NCBI GenBank assembly: GCA_965279375.1
Contig: OZ257156.1
Location: 1,696,001 to 1,760,000 of the forward strand
DNA length: 64,000 nucleotides
Direction of reading: 5' to 3'
From: Gemmatimonas sp.
GTDB lineage: Bacteria > Gemmatimonadota > Gemmatimonadetes > Gemmatimonadales > Gemmatimonadaceae
This document shows positions 46,034 to 59,408 of this stretch, one piece after another (within the stretch, counting starts at the first letter, position 1; every line of letters begins with the position of its first letter). The translations under genes and the position numbers were made by a program. A model generated the notes under the pieces. It made no database searches and had not been told where the DNA came from. It saw nothing but the letters and a program-made list of their open reading frames with translations.

Positions 46034-49000
46034 ATGATGAAGCAACGAATACTCACGGTGTTGATGGGCACGTTCCTCTGTGCGATGCCGCTGGCCGCAC
46101 AGACGAAGACGGTGAAAGGAACGGTGACGCGCGATGTCGGCGTGCCCCTGTCCGGCGTCTCCGTCGTCGTGAAGGGAACGACCACAAGCACCCAATCCGA
46201 TAACAGCGGCAACTACTCGATTCGCGTCGATGCCGGACAGGTGCTGCAGTTTCGTCTGATCGGCTACTTGCCTCGCGAACGCACGGTGGGCGTCGAGAAC
46301 GTGATCAGCGTGCAGCTCGAGAAGGCGGCAAGCAACCTCGATGCCATCGTTGTGACGGCACTCGGCCAAACCACGACACAGCGCAGTCTCGGTACGTCGC
46401 AGCAAACCGTTATCGGCGCGGATGTCGCGCAGACCGGTCGCGAGAACTTCATCAACGGCCTGCAGGGTCGCGTGGCCGGCGTGGAAGTGACGAGCACCTC
46501 GGGCGTGCCCGGTGCGTCGTCGTCCATCACGATTCGCGGCGTCAGCTCGATCAGCGGCAGCAACCAGCCGCTCATGATCATCGACGGCCTGCCGATGGAC
46601 AACAAGACGCTCAATACGGGCTCTCTGGCGTCCGACGGTCCGGGCTCGACGACGGCGTTCAGCAACCGCGGTCTCGACTTCACCAACCGCGCTGCGGACG
46701 TGAACCCGGAAGACATCGAGAGCATGGTCGTGCTCAAGGGTCCGGAAGCAGCCGCACTTTACGGTATCGACGCGGCCAACGGCGCGATCGTCATCACCAC
46801 CAAGCGTGGTCGCCCGGGCACCGGCGGCTTTGAGTACTCCAATCGCTTCCGTATCGATGCCACGCGGACGAAGCCGGAGCTGCAGCAGACCTACGGCCCC
46901 ACCGCGATCGCTGGCAACCTGCTCGGCCAGTTCTCGTACTTCGGCCTGCCGTACGCGACCGGCACCAAGTTCTACGACAACGTCGATGGCTTCTTCCAGC
47001 GCGCGATGTCGCAGCAACACAACGTCACGTTCAGCGGGGCGTCGGCAGACAATCGGGTGAACTACCGCATCGGTGTCGCGGCGAATCAGCAGGGAAGTGT
47101 GGTCCCCAACTCGGACTACACGCGAATCAACCTGACTGGTGCCGGTGGTGCGACGGTGACCAGCTGGCTCAAGGCCGACCTGTCGATGCAGTACGCGCAG
47201 TCGGATAACAACCAGGCGCTCAAGGGCGACAACGGCCCGCTGATCGGCTTGCTGCTCTGGCCGCAGACGGACGACGCCAAGGACTATCTGACGCCGGCCG
47301 GAACGCGTCGTCGCATCACGTCACTGGCAACGAACTCGGAGACGGACAACCCGTACTTCAGCGTCAACAAGAACCGCGTGACGTCGCGCAACGGTCGCCT
47401 GATCGCGAACCTTGGCCTGACGCTCACGCCGTTCAAGTGGGGCTACCTCAAGACCAACATCGGCTCTGACGGCTACACCAACGAGAACGTCATCCTGCGT
47501 CACCCGGAAAGCGCCGGCGTGGCCAACAACAGCCAGGGCATTCTCGACGATGCGACGGACGTGGTGCGCAACCTCAATGCGCAGACACTGTTCAACGTCA
47601 ACAGCATCAAGCTGACGAAGAACCTGTCCATCAACGGCCTCGTGGGAAATCAGGTCTCCGACTTCCGCTCTGAAGTGAGCGCGCTCGGCGGCCAGAACTT
47701 CCTCGACCCGAACTTCGTGTCGATCAACAACACGAGCATCCGCGTCAACCGCACCATCACCACGCAGCGTCGCCTCGTGAGCGCGTTCGGTAGCGCCACG
47801 GTGAACTACCACGACTACCTGTACGTGACGGCGACGGGTCGTAACGACTGGACCTCGACGATTCCGATCGAGCGCAACTCGTTCTTCTACCCCTCCATCC
47901 AGAGCAGCTTCATCTTCTCTGAAGCGTTCCCCGCGGTGGCGAAGTACGTGACTGGCAAGCTGCGCGCCAGCTATGCCGAAGTGGGCAAGGACGCGCGTCC
48001 GTACGCCTTCCGCCCGTCGCTGGAAAACAAGACGACCTCGTACGGCGGCTATGGCTACGGCTTCACCGGCCCGAACCTCAACCTGCGTCCCGAGTTCGCC
48101 ACGTCGTACGAGTACGGCACGGAGCTCGGCTTCTTCGACAACCGTCTTGGCCTCGACGTCACGACGTACCAGAAGGAAACGACCGATCAGATCGTGAATG
48201 ACATTCGTGGTTCGTATGCCACGGGCTTCATTCTGTTCAACCTGAACGGCGCCTCGACGCGCAACCGCGGTGTGGAAATCACGCTGCGCGGCACGCCGGT
48301 GCTCAAGCAGGGCTTCACGTGGGACGTGATCGCCAATTTCGAACGCGCTCGCGGCAAGGTGCTCGCGCTGCCGAATGCACTGCCTGAGTCGTACGTGTCC
48401 GACACGTGGCTGTATGGCAACGTCCGCAACGGCGTGCAGCCTGGCCTCTCCACGCGCTCGCTGACTGGTCTCTTTTACCTGCGCAACAGCAAGAAGCAGC
48501 TGCTGATCGACCCGACCACGGGCCTCCCGCTGCGTTCGACGGCGTTCATCGACGGCGGTTACGATCGTCAGCCCGACTACACCGTCGGCGTCACGAACAC
48601 CATCAAGTACAAGCGTGTCTCGCTCAGCTTCCTGCTCGACTTCCGGAAGGGCGGCGACGTGTTCAACGCGACGGAGCACTTCCTGACCTCGCGCGGCTTG
48701 ACCACGCGCACGCTCGATCGCGAGAAGCCGCGCGTGATCGATGGCGTGCTGCGTGACGGCAAGGAGAACAGTGCGACGCCGACCAAGAACACGATCGTCG
48801 TGATTCCGGCCCTGCAGCCGGCGTACTACACCAACATCAGCGAAGAACTGTTCATCGAGAAGAACATCAACTGGGTGCGTCTGCGTGACGTCACGCTGCG
48901 CACGACGCTGCCGGGCAAGTACTTCAAGGCCCGCGACGCGAGCTTCTATGTGACCGGCACCGATCTGTTCCTCTTCACCAACTACTCCGGTCTCGACCCG

Positions 49001-49111
49001 ATCGTGAACGGCAACAGCGCGGCAGTGGGCGGTTCGGGCGGCGTTGGCATCGACTACGGAAATTTCCCGATGCCGCGTGGCTTCGCCTTCGGCCTCAAGA
49101 TGGGGTACTAA
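46034..49111 (+). CDS. susC: SusC/RagA family TonB-linked outer-membrane protein
   Basis: VVTALG, LQGRVAGV, NRAADVNPEDIESMVVLKGPEAAALYG...GAIVITTKRG, RNDWTST, FFYPS and LRASYAEVG motifs. Confidence 0.93.
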   Translation: MMKQRILTVLMGTFLCAMPLAAQTKTVKGTVTRDVGVPLSGVSVVVKGTTTSTQSDNSGNYSIRVDAGQVLQFRLIGYLPRERTVGVENVISVQLEKAASNLDAIVVTALGQTTTQRSLGTSQQTVIGADVAQTGRENFINGLQGRVAGVEVTSTSGVPGASSSITIRGVSSISGSNQPLMIIDGLPMDNKTLNTGSLASDGPGSTTAFSNRGLDFTNRAADVNPEDIESMVVLKGPEAAALYGIDAANGAIVITTKRGRPGTGGFEYSNRFRIDATRTKPELQQTYGPTAIAGNLLGQFSYFGLPYATGTKFYDNVDGFFQRAMSQQHNVTFSGASADNRVNYRIGVAANQQGSVVPNSDYTRINLTGAGGATVTSWLKADLSMQYAQSDNNQALKGDNGPLIGLLLWPQTDDAKDYLTPAGTRRRITSLATNSETDNPYFSVNKNRVTSRNGRLIANLGLTLTPFKWGYLKTNIGSDGYTNENVILRHPESAGVANNSQGILDDATDVVRNLNAQTLFNVNSIKLTKNLSINGLVGNQVSDFRSEVSALGGQNFLDPNFVSINNTSIRVNRTITTQRRLVSAFGSATVNYHDYLYVTATGRNDWTSTIPIERNSFFYPSIQSSFIFSEAFPAVAKYVTGKLRASYAEVGKDARPYAFRPSLENKTTSYGGYGYGFTGPNLNLRPEFATSYEYGTELGFFDNRLGLDVTTYQKETTDQIVNDIRGSYATGFILFNLNGASTRNRGVEITLRGTPVLKQGFTWDVIANFERARGKVLALPNALPESYVSDTWLYGNVRNGVQPGLSTRSLTGLFYLRNSKKQLLIDPTTGLPLRSTAFIDGGYDRQPDYTVGVTNTIKYKRVSLSFLLDFRKGGDVFNATEHFLTSRGLTTRTLDREKPRVIDGVLRDGKENSATPTKNTIVVIPALQPAYYTNISEELFIEKNINWVRLRDVTLRTTLPGKYFKARDASFYVTGTDLFLFTNYSGLDPIVNGNSAAVGGSGGVGIDYGNFPMPRGFAFGLKMGY

Positions 49112-49114
49112 ACC

Positions 49115-50683
49115 ATGAAGAAACTGTGCACCGCTCTCCTCGTTGGCGCGCTCGCGCTGCCGGCGACCAGCTGCAAGGATTTCCTCGACGTCAACACCAA
49201 TCCGAACGGACCGCAGTCGGTCTCGGCGAATCTGTATCTCGCGCCGATGCTGCACTGGATGGTGACGTCACCGCAGTTCGATGGCCGCTTCGTCGGTCGC
49301 TACACGCAACAGTGGGTGCTGACCGGTACGATCCTCAGCACGTGGGATCGCATGGGCTACGATCCCTCCAGCGACAACGGCGCGCAGCAGTGGCGCGACG
49401 TGTACTGGACGTTCGGGCAGAACCTCGTGGACATGACGGATAAGGCCAAGGCGGAAGAGCGCTGGGACCTGCTCGGCGTGGCCTATCTGCTCAAGGCGTG
49501 GGGCTGGCAGGTGACGACCGACCTGCACGGCGAGATCATCGTGAAGGAAGCGATCGATCAGACCAAGTTCGGCTTCAACTATGACTCGCAGGAGTACGCG
49601 TACCAGGAGATTCAGCGCCTGCTGAACGAGGCGATCACGAATCTCAAGCGGACCGACGGCGCCGTCGATGCGACCTACCTTGGCCGCACCGACAAGATCT
49701 ACAACGGCGACCGCGCGAAGTGGCTCAAGCTGGCGTACGGCATGCTGGCGCTCAACCTGAACCACTTCTCCAACAAGTCGTCGTACAAGCCGGCGGAAGT
49801 GATCGCTGCGGTGAACCAGTCGTTGGCGAGCAATGCGGACGATCCGCTGCTCACCTACCCGGCCACGCAGAATGACGAGATCAACTTCTACGGCCGCACG
49901 CGTGGCAACTACAACGCGTATCGCCAGACGCAGTTCGTCACCAACCTGATGAACGGCACCTTCACGGGCGGTCTGGTCGATCCGCGAATGAGCCGCATGC
50001 TCTCGCCTGCGCCTGACGGCGTGTATCGTGGCCTCGACGTGAACGTCGTCGGCTTCGGTGCGCTCTCCACGACCCAGCAGCCGAACAACTTCTACGGCTT
50101 CGCCGGCACTGGCGGATTGGGCGTCCCCGGCCGCTACATCTTCGACGACAAGGCGAAGCTGCCGGTGATGACGTACGCCGAGCTGCAGTTCATCAAGGCG
50201 GAAGCGGCGTACAAGCTGGGCGACAAGGCAACGGCCTATGCCGCGTATCTCGCCGGCGTCAGCGCACACTTCGACTTCGTCAACGCGCGCAACAGTGACA
50301 ACGGCCAGTCACCGACGCAGATCACCGCGGCGGAAAAGGCGGCCTATCTCGGCAATGCGTTCGTTGCACCGGGCGCGGCGAATCTGACGCTCACGCACAT
50401 CATGACGCAGAAGTACCTGGCCTTGTGGGGCTGGGGGCACAACGAGATCTGGATGGACATGCGGCGCTACCACTACACCGATGTCGATCCGGCCAGCGGC
50501 ACTCAGGTGTATCCGGGCTTCACGGCGCCGGTCAACCTGTATCCCGACAACAGCGGAAAGATCGTGCAGCGCATCCGCCCGCGATTCAACTCGGAGTATG
50601 TGTGGAACGTGCCGGCGCTGACCGCCATCGGCGGACTCGCGCTCGACTACCACACGAAGCCGCTCTGGATCACTCAACCGTAA
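49115..50683 (+). CDS. susD: SusD/RagB family nutrient-binding lipoprotein
   Basis: Lipobox ATSC, DFLDVNTNPN, TDLHGEI, YDSQE, ELQFIKAEA, IMTQKY and W.DMRRY motifs; follows susC. Confidence 0.9.
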   Translation: MKKLCTALLVGALALPATSCKDFLDVNTNPNGPQSVSANLYLAPMLHWMVTSPQFDGRFVGRYTQQWVLTGTILSTWDRMGYDPSSDNGAQQWRDVYWTFGQNLVDMTDKAKAEERWDLLGVAYLLKAWGWQVTTDLHGEIIVKEAIDQTKFGFNYDSQEYAYQEIQRLLNEAITNLKRTDGAVDATYLGRTDKIYNGDRAKWLKLAYGMLALNLNHFSNKSSYKPAEVIAAVNQSLASNADDPLLTYPATQNDEINFYGRTRGNYNAYRQTQFVTNLMNGTFTGGLVDPRMSRMLSPAPDGVYRGLDVNVVGFGALSTTQQPNNFYGFAGTGGLGVPGRYIFDDKAKLPVMTYAELQFIKAEAAYKLGDKATAYAAYLAGVSAHFDFVNARNSDNGQSPTQITAAEKAAYLGNAFVAPGAANLTLTHIMTQKYLALWGWGHNEIWMDMRRYHYTDVDPASGTQVYPGFTAPVNLYPDNSGKIVQRIRPRFNSEYVWNVPALTAIGGLALDYHTKPLWITQP

Positions 50684-50690
50684 CCCAGCG

Positions 50691-51461
50691 ATGAAGACAT
50701 TCCGAACAATCGCCATGCTGCTGAGCGCCGTCGCGCTCGCCGCATGTGACAAGACTGCAGTCCAGGACATCACAGGTGCTCTGCCTGGGGCGCGCATCAA
50801 GTTCTTCAACTTCGGCGTGAACGCGCCGGCGGTGAATTTCTACGCGAACGACGCCAAAATCACCGCGATCCTCTCCGCCACAGGCGTCGAGTCCACAAAC
50901 GGTGTGGCCTCTGGCGGCGTTGGCTTGGGCGGCCTCTACTCGGCCGTCGAACCGGGGCAGTACACCCTTACCGGCAAGATCGCGGCAGCAGTGGACAAGG
51001 ACGTGGTGATCTCTCGTGCCACGACCACGCTCGCTGATGGAAAGGCGTACTCGTTCTACATCAGCGGCATCTACGACGCGACAGCGAAGAACGTCGAAGG
51101 CTTCGTGATCGAGGATGCATTTGCCGATACGCTCGATTTCAGAACCACGTCGGTGCGCTTCGTGAACGCCATCTCCAACGCCGCGCCGATGACGCTGTAC
51201 GTCAAGAACACCGCCACAGGCGTCGAGCAGGCGATCGGTGGAGCAACGGCGTACAAGTCGGGAACTGCGTTCGTGAAGATTCCGATTGGCGTGTACGATA
51301 TCAGCACGCGCTTCAACGGCGTGACGACCAACGCGATCAGCCGTACTGGCGTCACGTTCGCTGGCTTGCGTGACTACACCGTCGGCGCACGCGGCGACAT
51401 CACCGTCACATCCACCACGGCAGCCACTCGCCCGCAGCTGGACAACACGGCGAATCGCTGA
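50691..51461 (+). CDS. DUF4397-like lipoprotein
   Basis: Lipobox LAAC; ARIKFFN...APAVNFYAN and SVRFVNAISNA repeats; third gene of the Sus operon. Confidence 0.75.
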   Translation: MKTFRTIAMLLSAVALAACDKTAVQDITGALPGARIKFFNFGVNAPAVNFYANDAKITAILSATGVESTNGVASGGVGLGGLYSAVEPGQYTLTGKIAAAVDKDVVISRATTTLADGKAYSFYISGIYDATAKNVEGFVIEDAFADTLDFRTTSVRFVNAISNAAPMTLYVKNTATGVEQAIGGATAYKSGTAFVKIPIGVYDISTRFNGVTTNAISRTGVTFAGLRDYTVGARGDITVTSTTAATRPQLDNTANR

Positions 51462-51481
51462 TTCATTGCACCGCACGTGAT

Positions 51482-51525
51482 ACACAACAGGCCCGCGGCG
51501 AACGCCGCGGGCCTGTTGTGTTTTT
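51482..51525 (+). terminator. Rho-independent terminator
   Basis: ACACAACAGGCCCGCGGCG-AA-CGCCGCGGGCCTGTTGTGT followed by TTTT. Confidence 0.9.
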
Positions 51526-51584
51526 GGTGGGTGCGCACGGTCGCTGGCGCCTGCCGTTCGGCATTCGCGCCGCACTGCGCGATG

Positions 51585-53306
51585 TCACCGGTTGGAGGGC
51601 CACTCCAGTCGAATACCGTCCTCACGCAGCTGCGACTGGAAATCGGCGAGGTGCCTGGCGTTGTTCCGCACACCGCGCGGCGACTCCTTGCGCTGCAGGC
51701 AGAACGCGACCAGTGCGCCGACACTTTCACCGATGTTCCATTCGATCGGATGCAGCCGATAGCACCCGTTGGTCAGATGCGTTACGCCGATGTTCTTGCA
51801 GGCCGGCAACACGTTCTTCATCCGCTGCGGGATCAGTGCGCCGAGCGGAATCTGAAAGGGCAGCGTGGCACCGTATCGGCCGCGGTCACCGCGCGTGGTG
51901 AGGTGCAGGTCCATGTTGTAGTGGCCAATGCCCACGCTGTCCGCGAATGGAGCAGCGGTAATTTCACTGATGGGACGATTCAGTTCGCGCGCACGAGACT
52001 CGGCCGACACATGCTGCTCCAGTACCGTGAACTCGGCCTTGATGCGACGGCTTTCGCGGACGTATGGATACTTGGCGAAGCCATCGTTCGTGCCCAGTAC
52101 ATCGGGGCGCAAACGCAGCCCCTTCCAGCCGACGCCGCCATCAGCGCGCGGTGCCTCGGTCTGGAGCCAGTACAGCAAGGAGAGTCCCAGCTGCTTGCTC
52201 GCCGCGAGATGCGACGTCTGCGCAGACCACTCTCGAGGTGACACATCGAGCAGTGAGCCGAACGAGTAGTCGTTGAGCCCCCAGTTTACGAGCGTGATGT
52301 CGCTGCGATGGGTCCCCGGCGTGAAGAGATCGCGATCGATGATGCGACGGTACGACCAATAGCCCGTGCGCTTCTCCGGGTCGAAACCGATCCGCTTGTT
52401 TGCCGGATCGTCAAAGCTGAGCAGCGGATAGGGATTGCCGTCGTCGGCGGTGATCAGGAGTTCGCGCCAGCGCGCATACTCGCGTGGACGATCGATCGTG
52501 TGATCTTCTCCGTGCAGGTAGTCCATGGCGTACACCATCGTGAACCCCTGCACGTTGTCGGGCTGATATTCCGCCTTTGCATGCGGCTCGCCCGTCTGCG
52601 CGATCGACTCAGCGCCAACGCGATACTCAGTGCCCGTCATCGGCAGCAGATCGCCCAATTCAGTCGCATCGGCGAAGTAGTCGGCGATCAGCGTCCGCTC
52701 GCGCCCTTCTGTTTCGTCGCGGAGGTGAACGGCGCGCACACGGTCACCGGCGACTGTTGCCCGTACCGTCCGATGTGTGAGCAGGATGCGCAGTTGGCCA
52801 TTCGCGACGAACGGCGCGAGCATTTCCTGCAACACGGCGAGCGCTACGCGCGGCTCCGCGCCAATGCGTGATACCCAGCAGTTGCCGGGATTCAGGCGTG
52901 CGTTGGCGCGTGCCCGGTCGGTAAGCGGCGTGTTGCGCCGATAGTAGTCGCGAATCGCGGCGCGCAGTGCCTGATAGCTTCGCGTGCCGCCCACTGTCTC
53001 GATCCACTGGTTCTCGTCTGGCGGTACTCCCTGCTGCGTGAGCTGGCCGCCGATCCAATCGGTCTCCTCGGACATGACGACACGGAGTCCGCGGCGTAAG
53101 GCGCCCAGCGCAGCGGCGCACCCGCCGAGGCCACCGCCGATGATGGCGAAGTCCGCGCGGATTTCTTCGTCGCTTCCGTCGGTACGCGATGTCGCCGGCG
53201 CACGGGTGACGGCGCGCGTGCGGCAGCCCGTCGCCGCGAGTATCAGCGGTGCCGCGAGCGCAGTGCGACTGAGAAACTCTCGGCGCCCGATGAGGTCATC
53301 ACTCAT
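51585..53306 (-). CDS. FAD-dependent oxidoreductase with twin-arginine signal
   Basis: GRREFL leader; IIGGGLGGCAAA, WIGGQLT, DATELGDL, PYVRESRRI, FQIPLGALIP and YRLHPIEW motifs. Confidence 0.88.
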   Translation of the reverse strand: MSDDLIGRREFLSRTALAAPLILAATGCRTRAVTRAPATSRTDGSDEEIRADFAIIGGGLGGCAAALGALRRGLRVVMSEETDWIGGQLTQQGVPPDENQWIETVGGTRSYQALRAAIRDYYRRNTPLTDRARANARLNPGNCWVSRIGAEPRVALAVLQEMLAPFVANGQLRILLTHRTVRATVAGDRVRAVHLRDETEGRERTLIADYFADATELGDLLPMTGTEYRVGAESIAQTGEPHAKAEYQPDNVQGFTMVYAMDYLHGEDHTIDRPREYARWRELLITADDGNPYPLLSFDDPANKRIGFDPEKRTGYWSYRRIIDRDLFTPGTHRSDITLVNWGLNDYSFGSLLDVSPREWSAQTSHLAASKQLGLSLLYWLQTEAPRADGGVGWKGLRLRPDVLGTNDGFAKYPYVRESRRIKAEFTVLEQHVSAESRARELNRPISEITAAPFADSVGIGHYNMDLHLTTRGDRGRYGATLPFQIPLGALIPQRMKNVLPACKNIGVTHLTNGCYRLHPIEWNIGESVGALVAFCLQRKESPRGVRNNARHLADFQSQLREDGIRLEWPSNR

Positions 53307-53355
53307 CGCTGTCGATCAGACGACACGGATGTCGATGCGCGCTGCGGTCGCGCGT

Positions 53356-54804
53356 CTACTTGCTCCAAATGACGATACTGCCGCAGCCGCTCAAGCCGGG
53401 CACGAACTGCGGCGGTGCCTGACCCGCCGCATAGACCTCGATGCCCGCGATGTCCGAGGGGCGTATGAACGCATCCAGATCCGATGCATTGATGTCGTTC
53501 ATGACCTGGCCGTGGAGATAGATCGCAGGCGTACAGCGATCCGTGAACAGACCTCGCATGAGGACCTTGGTGTCGAGGTCGCCCGGTCGATCGACAAACA
53601 ATCCTCCGATGGAGAGAAACAGATCCGACGTCACGTTCGGCTGCCGACGCAGGATGTCGTCAGCGGTAAGGAAGCGTCCGAGCCCCGACTTCGCGCGATC
53701 ACGGAAGCCCGCCATCTCGACGAACCGATCGAACTTGGCGCGCACCTTCATCGTGTCCAACACCGACTGGAAGGTCGCGAGGTACACTTCGGCTGGGCGC
53801 GCGCCTTCGACCACATCGACGACCGTACGCTCCGGGTAGTAGCCGACGGCGCGAACCTCGAGCTGTCGTGTCCCCGAAGGTGCATCGGTGATCGTCCACT
53901 CACCTGCATCATTGGTGCGCGCCTGCGGGCCGTTGACGATGCGCACCGAAGCGCCAGCCAGCGGCTTACCGTTGCCGTTCGCGCGCACGCGTCCGCTCAT
54001 TCGCGTGCTGCCCACGTGCATCGACGCCGGCAATGCCGTGCTGTCGCTGCTCATCCTGGCTACGACGGTTTGCGCCGGTCCCACGTACAGATCGCGACGC
54101 AGGAGTCCTTCGAGCGGCACCTGTGCTTCCACGAGGTCGGTGCTGTCGGCGCCACGACTCGCCATCAGCTGCACGATGCCCTGCGCGGGCACATCGCACG
54201 CTGCATACCAGCCACTCTCCCGCGTCTTCACGATGCGGCGCGGCGTGCGGCGCTTCATGCCGCCTGCTCCGATGGAGAGCTCCACCCACTCGGCGATCAC
54301 GGTCGCATCGGCGATCGGCTCACGCGTGCGCGCGTCGCGCACAAAGCCAACGGTCACACCGCCACCGCTGCCTGCAGCGGCCGCTCCGCAGATCGCGGAT
54401 CGCACGCGGGCGGAAGACGGAATCGCGAGGTCGGCTCGTACATCGCGCGCTCCACTCACGGACACGGCGCGCAACATCGGCTCGAGCCCCAGCGAATCGA
54501 GCATCGGATGGAAGAATCCGATGGTGTACTTCCCATCGGGGACGCGCTCGAAGCGAAAGTGTCCCGCCGCGTCGGCCACGACCGTCTCGCCGAATTGCAC
54601 GTTCGTATCAGCGGCGACGAGCTGCACGGTCGCGCCGGGCAGGCCCTGTCGCGCGATGCTGTCGAAGACGAAGCCAACTATGACGTTCGACGGTGCGCTA
54701 CGGCCTGCTGCAGACGCGGAGGCGCGCGCGGCGACGGTTTGCGCGTGCAGCAGAGGCGACGCCAGCAGCAGCGCGGCAGCAACGGAGACAAGCGAAGAGC
54801 GCAT
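53356..54804 (-). CDS. Exported protein with carboxypeptidase-regulatory-like domains and a C-terminal TonB plug-like domain
   Basis: GFVFDS...LPGATV, GRVR...PLAGASV...TNDAGEW; C-terminal CTPAIYLHG...IAGIEVY...CGSIVIW. Confidence 0.72.
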   Translation of the reverse strand: MRSSLVSVAAALLLASPLLHAQTVAARASASAAGRSAPSNVIVGFVFDSIARQGLPGATVQLVAADTNVQFGETVVADAAGHFRFERVPDGKYTIGFFHPMLDSLGLEPMLRAVSVSGARDVRADLAIPSSARVRSAICGAAAAGSGGGVTVGFVRDARTREPIADATVIAEWVELSIGAGGMKRRTPRRIVKTRESGWYAACDVPAQGIVQLMASRGADSTDLVEAQVPLEGLLRRDLYVGPAQTVVARMSSDSTALPASMHVGSTRMSGRVRANGNGKPLAGASVRIVNGPQARTNDAGEWTITDAPSGTRQLEVRAVGYYPERTVVDVVEGARPAEVYLATFQSVLDTMKVRAKFDRFVEMAGFRDRAKSGLGRFLTADDILRRQPNVTSDLFLSIGGLFVDRPGDLDTKVLMRGLFTDRCTPAIYLHGQVMNDINASDLDAFIRPSDIAGIEVYAAGQAPPQFVPGLSGCGSIVIWSK

Positions 54805-54977
54805 GATCGGACCTCGGCGTATCGATGCGTCGGGACGCGGCACGAGATCGACAGCAGCGTGAGATCCCGTGCGGCGCGGGCAGGAAGCCCTAACGCTTGA
54901 AAGCAATCCGCCCGAGGCGTTGTGCGGAAGTCCGCGGACGCCACGCCGGCGCCCGCGGACTGTCCCACCGGCTTCGC

Positions 54978-55937
54978 TTACGCTCGGCTCGTCCGACGGC
55001 GACGGCGCGCCACCAGCGCCATCGCCGCGAGACCAGCCGACATCAGGGCGTAGGTGGAGGGCTCGGGCACCACGTTCTGCGGGATGCCCGCCAACTGCGC
55101 CTGCAGCAGGCTGGTGTTCCCCGCCGTGAACATCGTGTTCATGGTGTGCGATGCATCGGCCAGCACAAACCCCGGCACCTGCTGCGGGACCGACGAACTC
55201 AGGAAGGTCGACATGAAGAAGCCGCTCCCCGGGTTCAGCGTGAAGGTCACCGAGCCACTGCCGGTGACCACACCCCCCGGGCCGGCCATCGAGCCATCCA
55301 GAAACACCTGCGAGAGGTCCAGATTGCTGCCGAGTGGTAGTTCCAACGCGAGGTTCGGATCGACGATCCCGTCGAAAATGCTGATGCCGCCCGACGTGCT
55401 CGCGAATATGCCCGAGTCAAACCCGGTCACGGGATCGACGAACCCCTGCATGATCGCGTCGATCGTATAGGAGATCGTGAAGGTCTCCGGCTGCGTTCCG
55501 GTGAACGTGTACCACTGCAGCGCATTCGCGACGGCGTTGACGTCGTAGTAGTAGCAGCAGATTCCGGAGTAGCCCGGCGGCGAGCCGGTCATGACGATGC
55601 TCTGCGCCAGCGTCTTCAGCTGCGCCGTTGCGAGGACGCCTTGCAGCTGTGCACTCGCGAGGTAGTTGAGGAAAGCCGGTTCGTTCGACCCCGGCGCAGC
55701 CCCTGTGAACGTGGTACTGGCACTGTTCTGGCCGACGCCGCCCACTTCGGTAATGCTCATCACACCGCCCGTCGGCTGGCAGGCGATGGTGGCGCAGGGG
55801 AAGTACCCCCAGTTCGAGATGCCGACAGCCTGTGTTCCCGGCTGGGTCATCTGCTGTGCTTCGGCGACCGTCGGCAGCATCGCCAGTAGCGCGCCGGTGG
55901 CCAAGGTCAACAAGGTTTGCTTCGCAACGACGCGCAC
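54978..55937 (-). CDS. PEP-CTERM sorting-domain surface protein
   Basis: Signal peptide; C-terminal VPEPSTYALMSAGLAAMALVARRRRR; GGAGG RBS before GTG. Confidence 0.92.
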   Translation of the reverse strand: MRVVAKQTLLTLATGALLAMLPTVAEAQQMTQPGTQAVGISNWGYFPCATIACQPTGGVMSITEVGGVGQNSASTTFTGAAPGSNEPAFLNYLASAQLQGVLATAQLKTLAQSIVMTGSPPGYSGICCYYYDVNAVANALQWYTFTGTQPETFTISYTIDAIMQGFVDPVTGFDSGIFASTSGGISIFDGIVDPNLALELPLGSNLDLSQVFLDGSMAGPGGVVTGSGSVTFTLNPGSGFFMSTFLSSSVPQQVPGFVLADASHTMNTMFTAGNTSLLQAQLAGIPQNVVPEPSTYALMSAGLAAMALVARRRRRTSRA

Positions 55938-56036
55938 GAGACCTCCACGAGTGTTCGGATGGACGCCGAGTTCCGGGGCAGGACTGCCTCCGGTCTCCCC
56001 TGCATCACTCGTGGCGCAACGCGGTGCGCAATCTGG

Positions 56037-58775
<2,739 letters not shown>

Positions 58776-58859
58776 GAAGGCGGCGTGCGTGGTTCAGGGC
58801 CGATCGACCACGCGGATGTGGTCCTTGCCATGCATGGCGTCAGATCGGCGCCGATTCGG

Positions 58860-59408
58860 TCACGCGCGGTCGGGCAACCCGAGATCGCGCGACACTTCCT
58901 TGCGCAGCCACGCGCGGGCGGCCGTCCAGTCCCGCTGCACCGTCTTGGGCGACACGGCGAGCGCGTCTGCCGTCTCGGTTTCCGTGAGTCCGCCGAAGAA
59001 ACGCATCTCCACCACCTGTGCCGCGCGCGGGTTGGCGACCGTCAGCCGCTCGAGTGCGTCGTCCAGTGCGAGCATCTCATCGGCTTCCTCGGTGCTCAGA
59101 AACGCCTCCACAGCCTCCAACGATTCAGCCACCACGCCGCTCCCCCGCTTGTCGGCGCGGATTCGACGTGCATGATCGACCAGGACGCGGCGCATCGTCG
59201 TGGACGCGATGGCGAAGAACTGCGTGGACTCGTCCGGTGGCAGCGCTTCGCTGGCGGAGATGCGCAGCCAAGCCTCATGCACCAGTGCGGTGGTGCCGAG
59301 GGTGTGGCCATCTGCCTCACGCCGAAGCTGCGCGTGAGCGAGCACTTTGAGCTCCTGATAGAGCTGTGGGGCGAGCGCGTCTGCCCAGGCGGAACGCGAG
59401 GAGGCCAT
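58860..59408 (-). CDS. ECF sigma factor (kinase-associated type)
   Basis: LYQELKVLA, HTLGTTALVHEAWLR, MRRVLVDHAR, VVEMRFFGGL and TVQRDW..ARAWL motifs. Confidence 0.92.
   Translation of the reverse strand: MASSRSAWADALAPQLYQELKVLAHAQLRREADGHTLGTTALVHEAWLRISASEALPPDESTQFFAIASTTMRRVLVDHARRIRADKRGSGVVAESLEAVEAFLSTEEADEMLALDDALERLTVANPRAAQVVEMRFFGGLTETETADALAVSPKTVQRDWTAARAWLRKEVSRDLGLPDRA

Noticed and set aside
47321..49255. 644-aa minus-strand ORF
   Set aside because: Antisense shadow of susC caused by high-GC codon bias; no recognisable motifs
58806..58855. Three short palindromes between the ECF sigma and kinase genes
   Set aside because: Short GC-rich dyads are expected by chance and share no consensus
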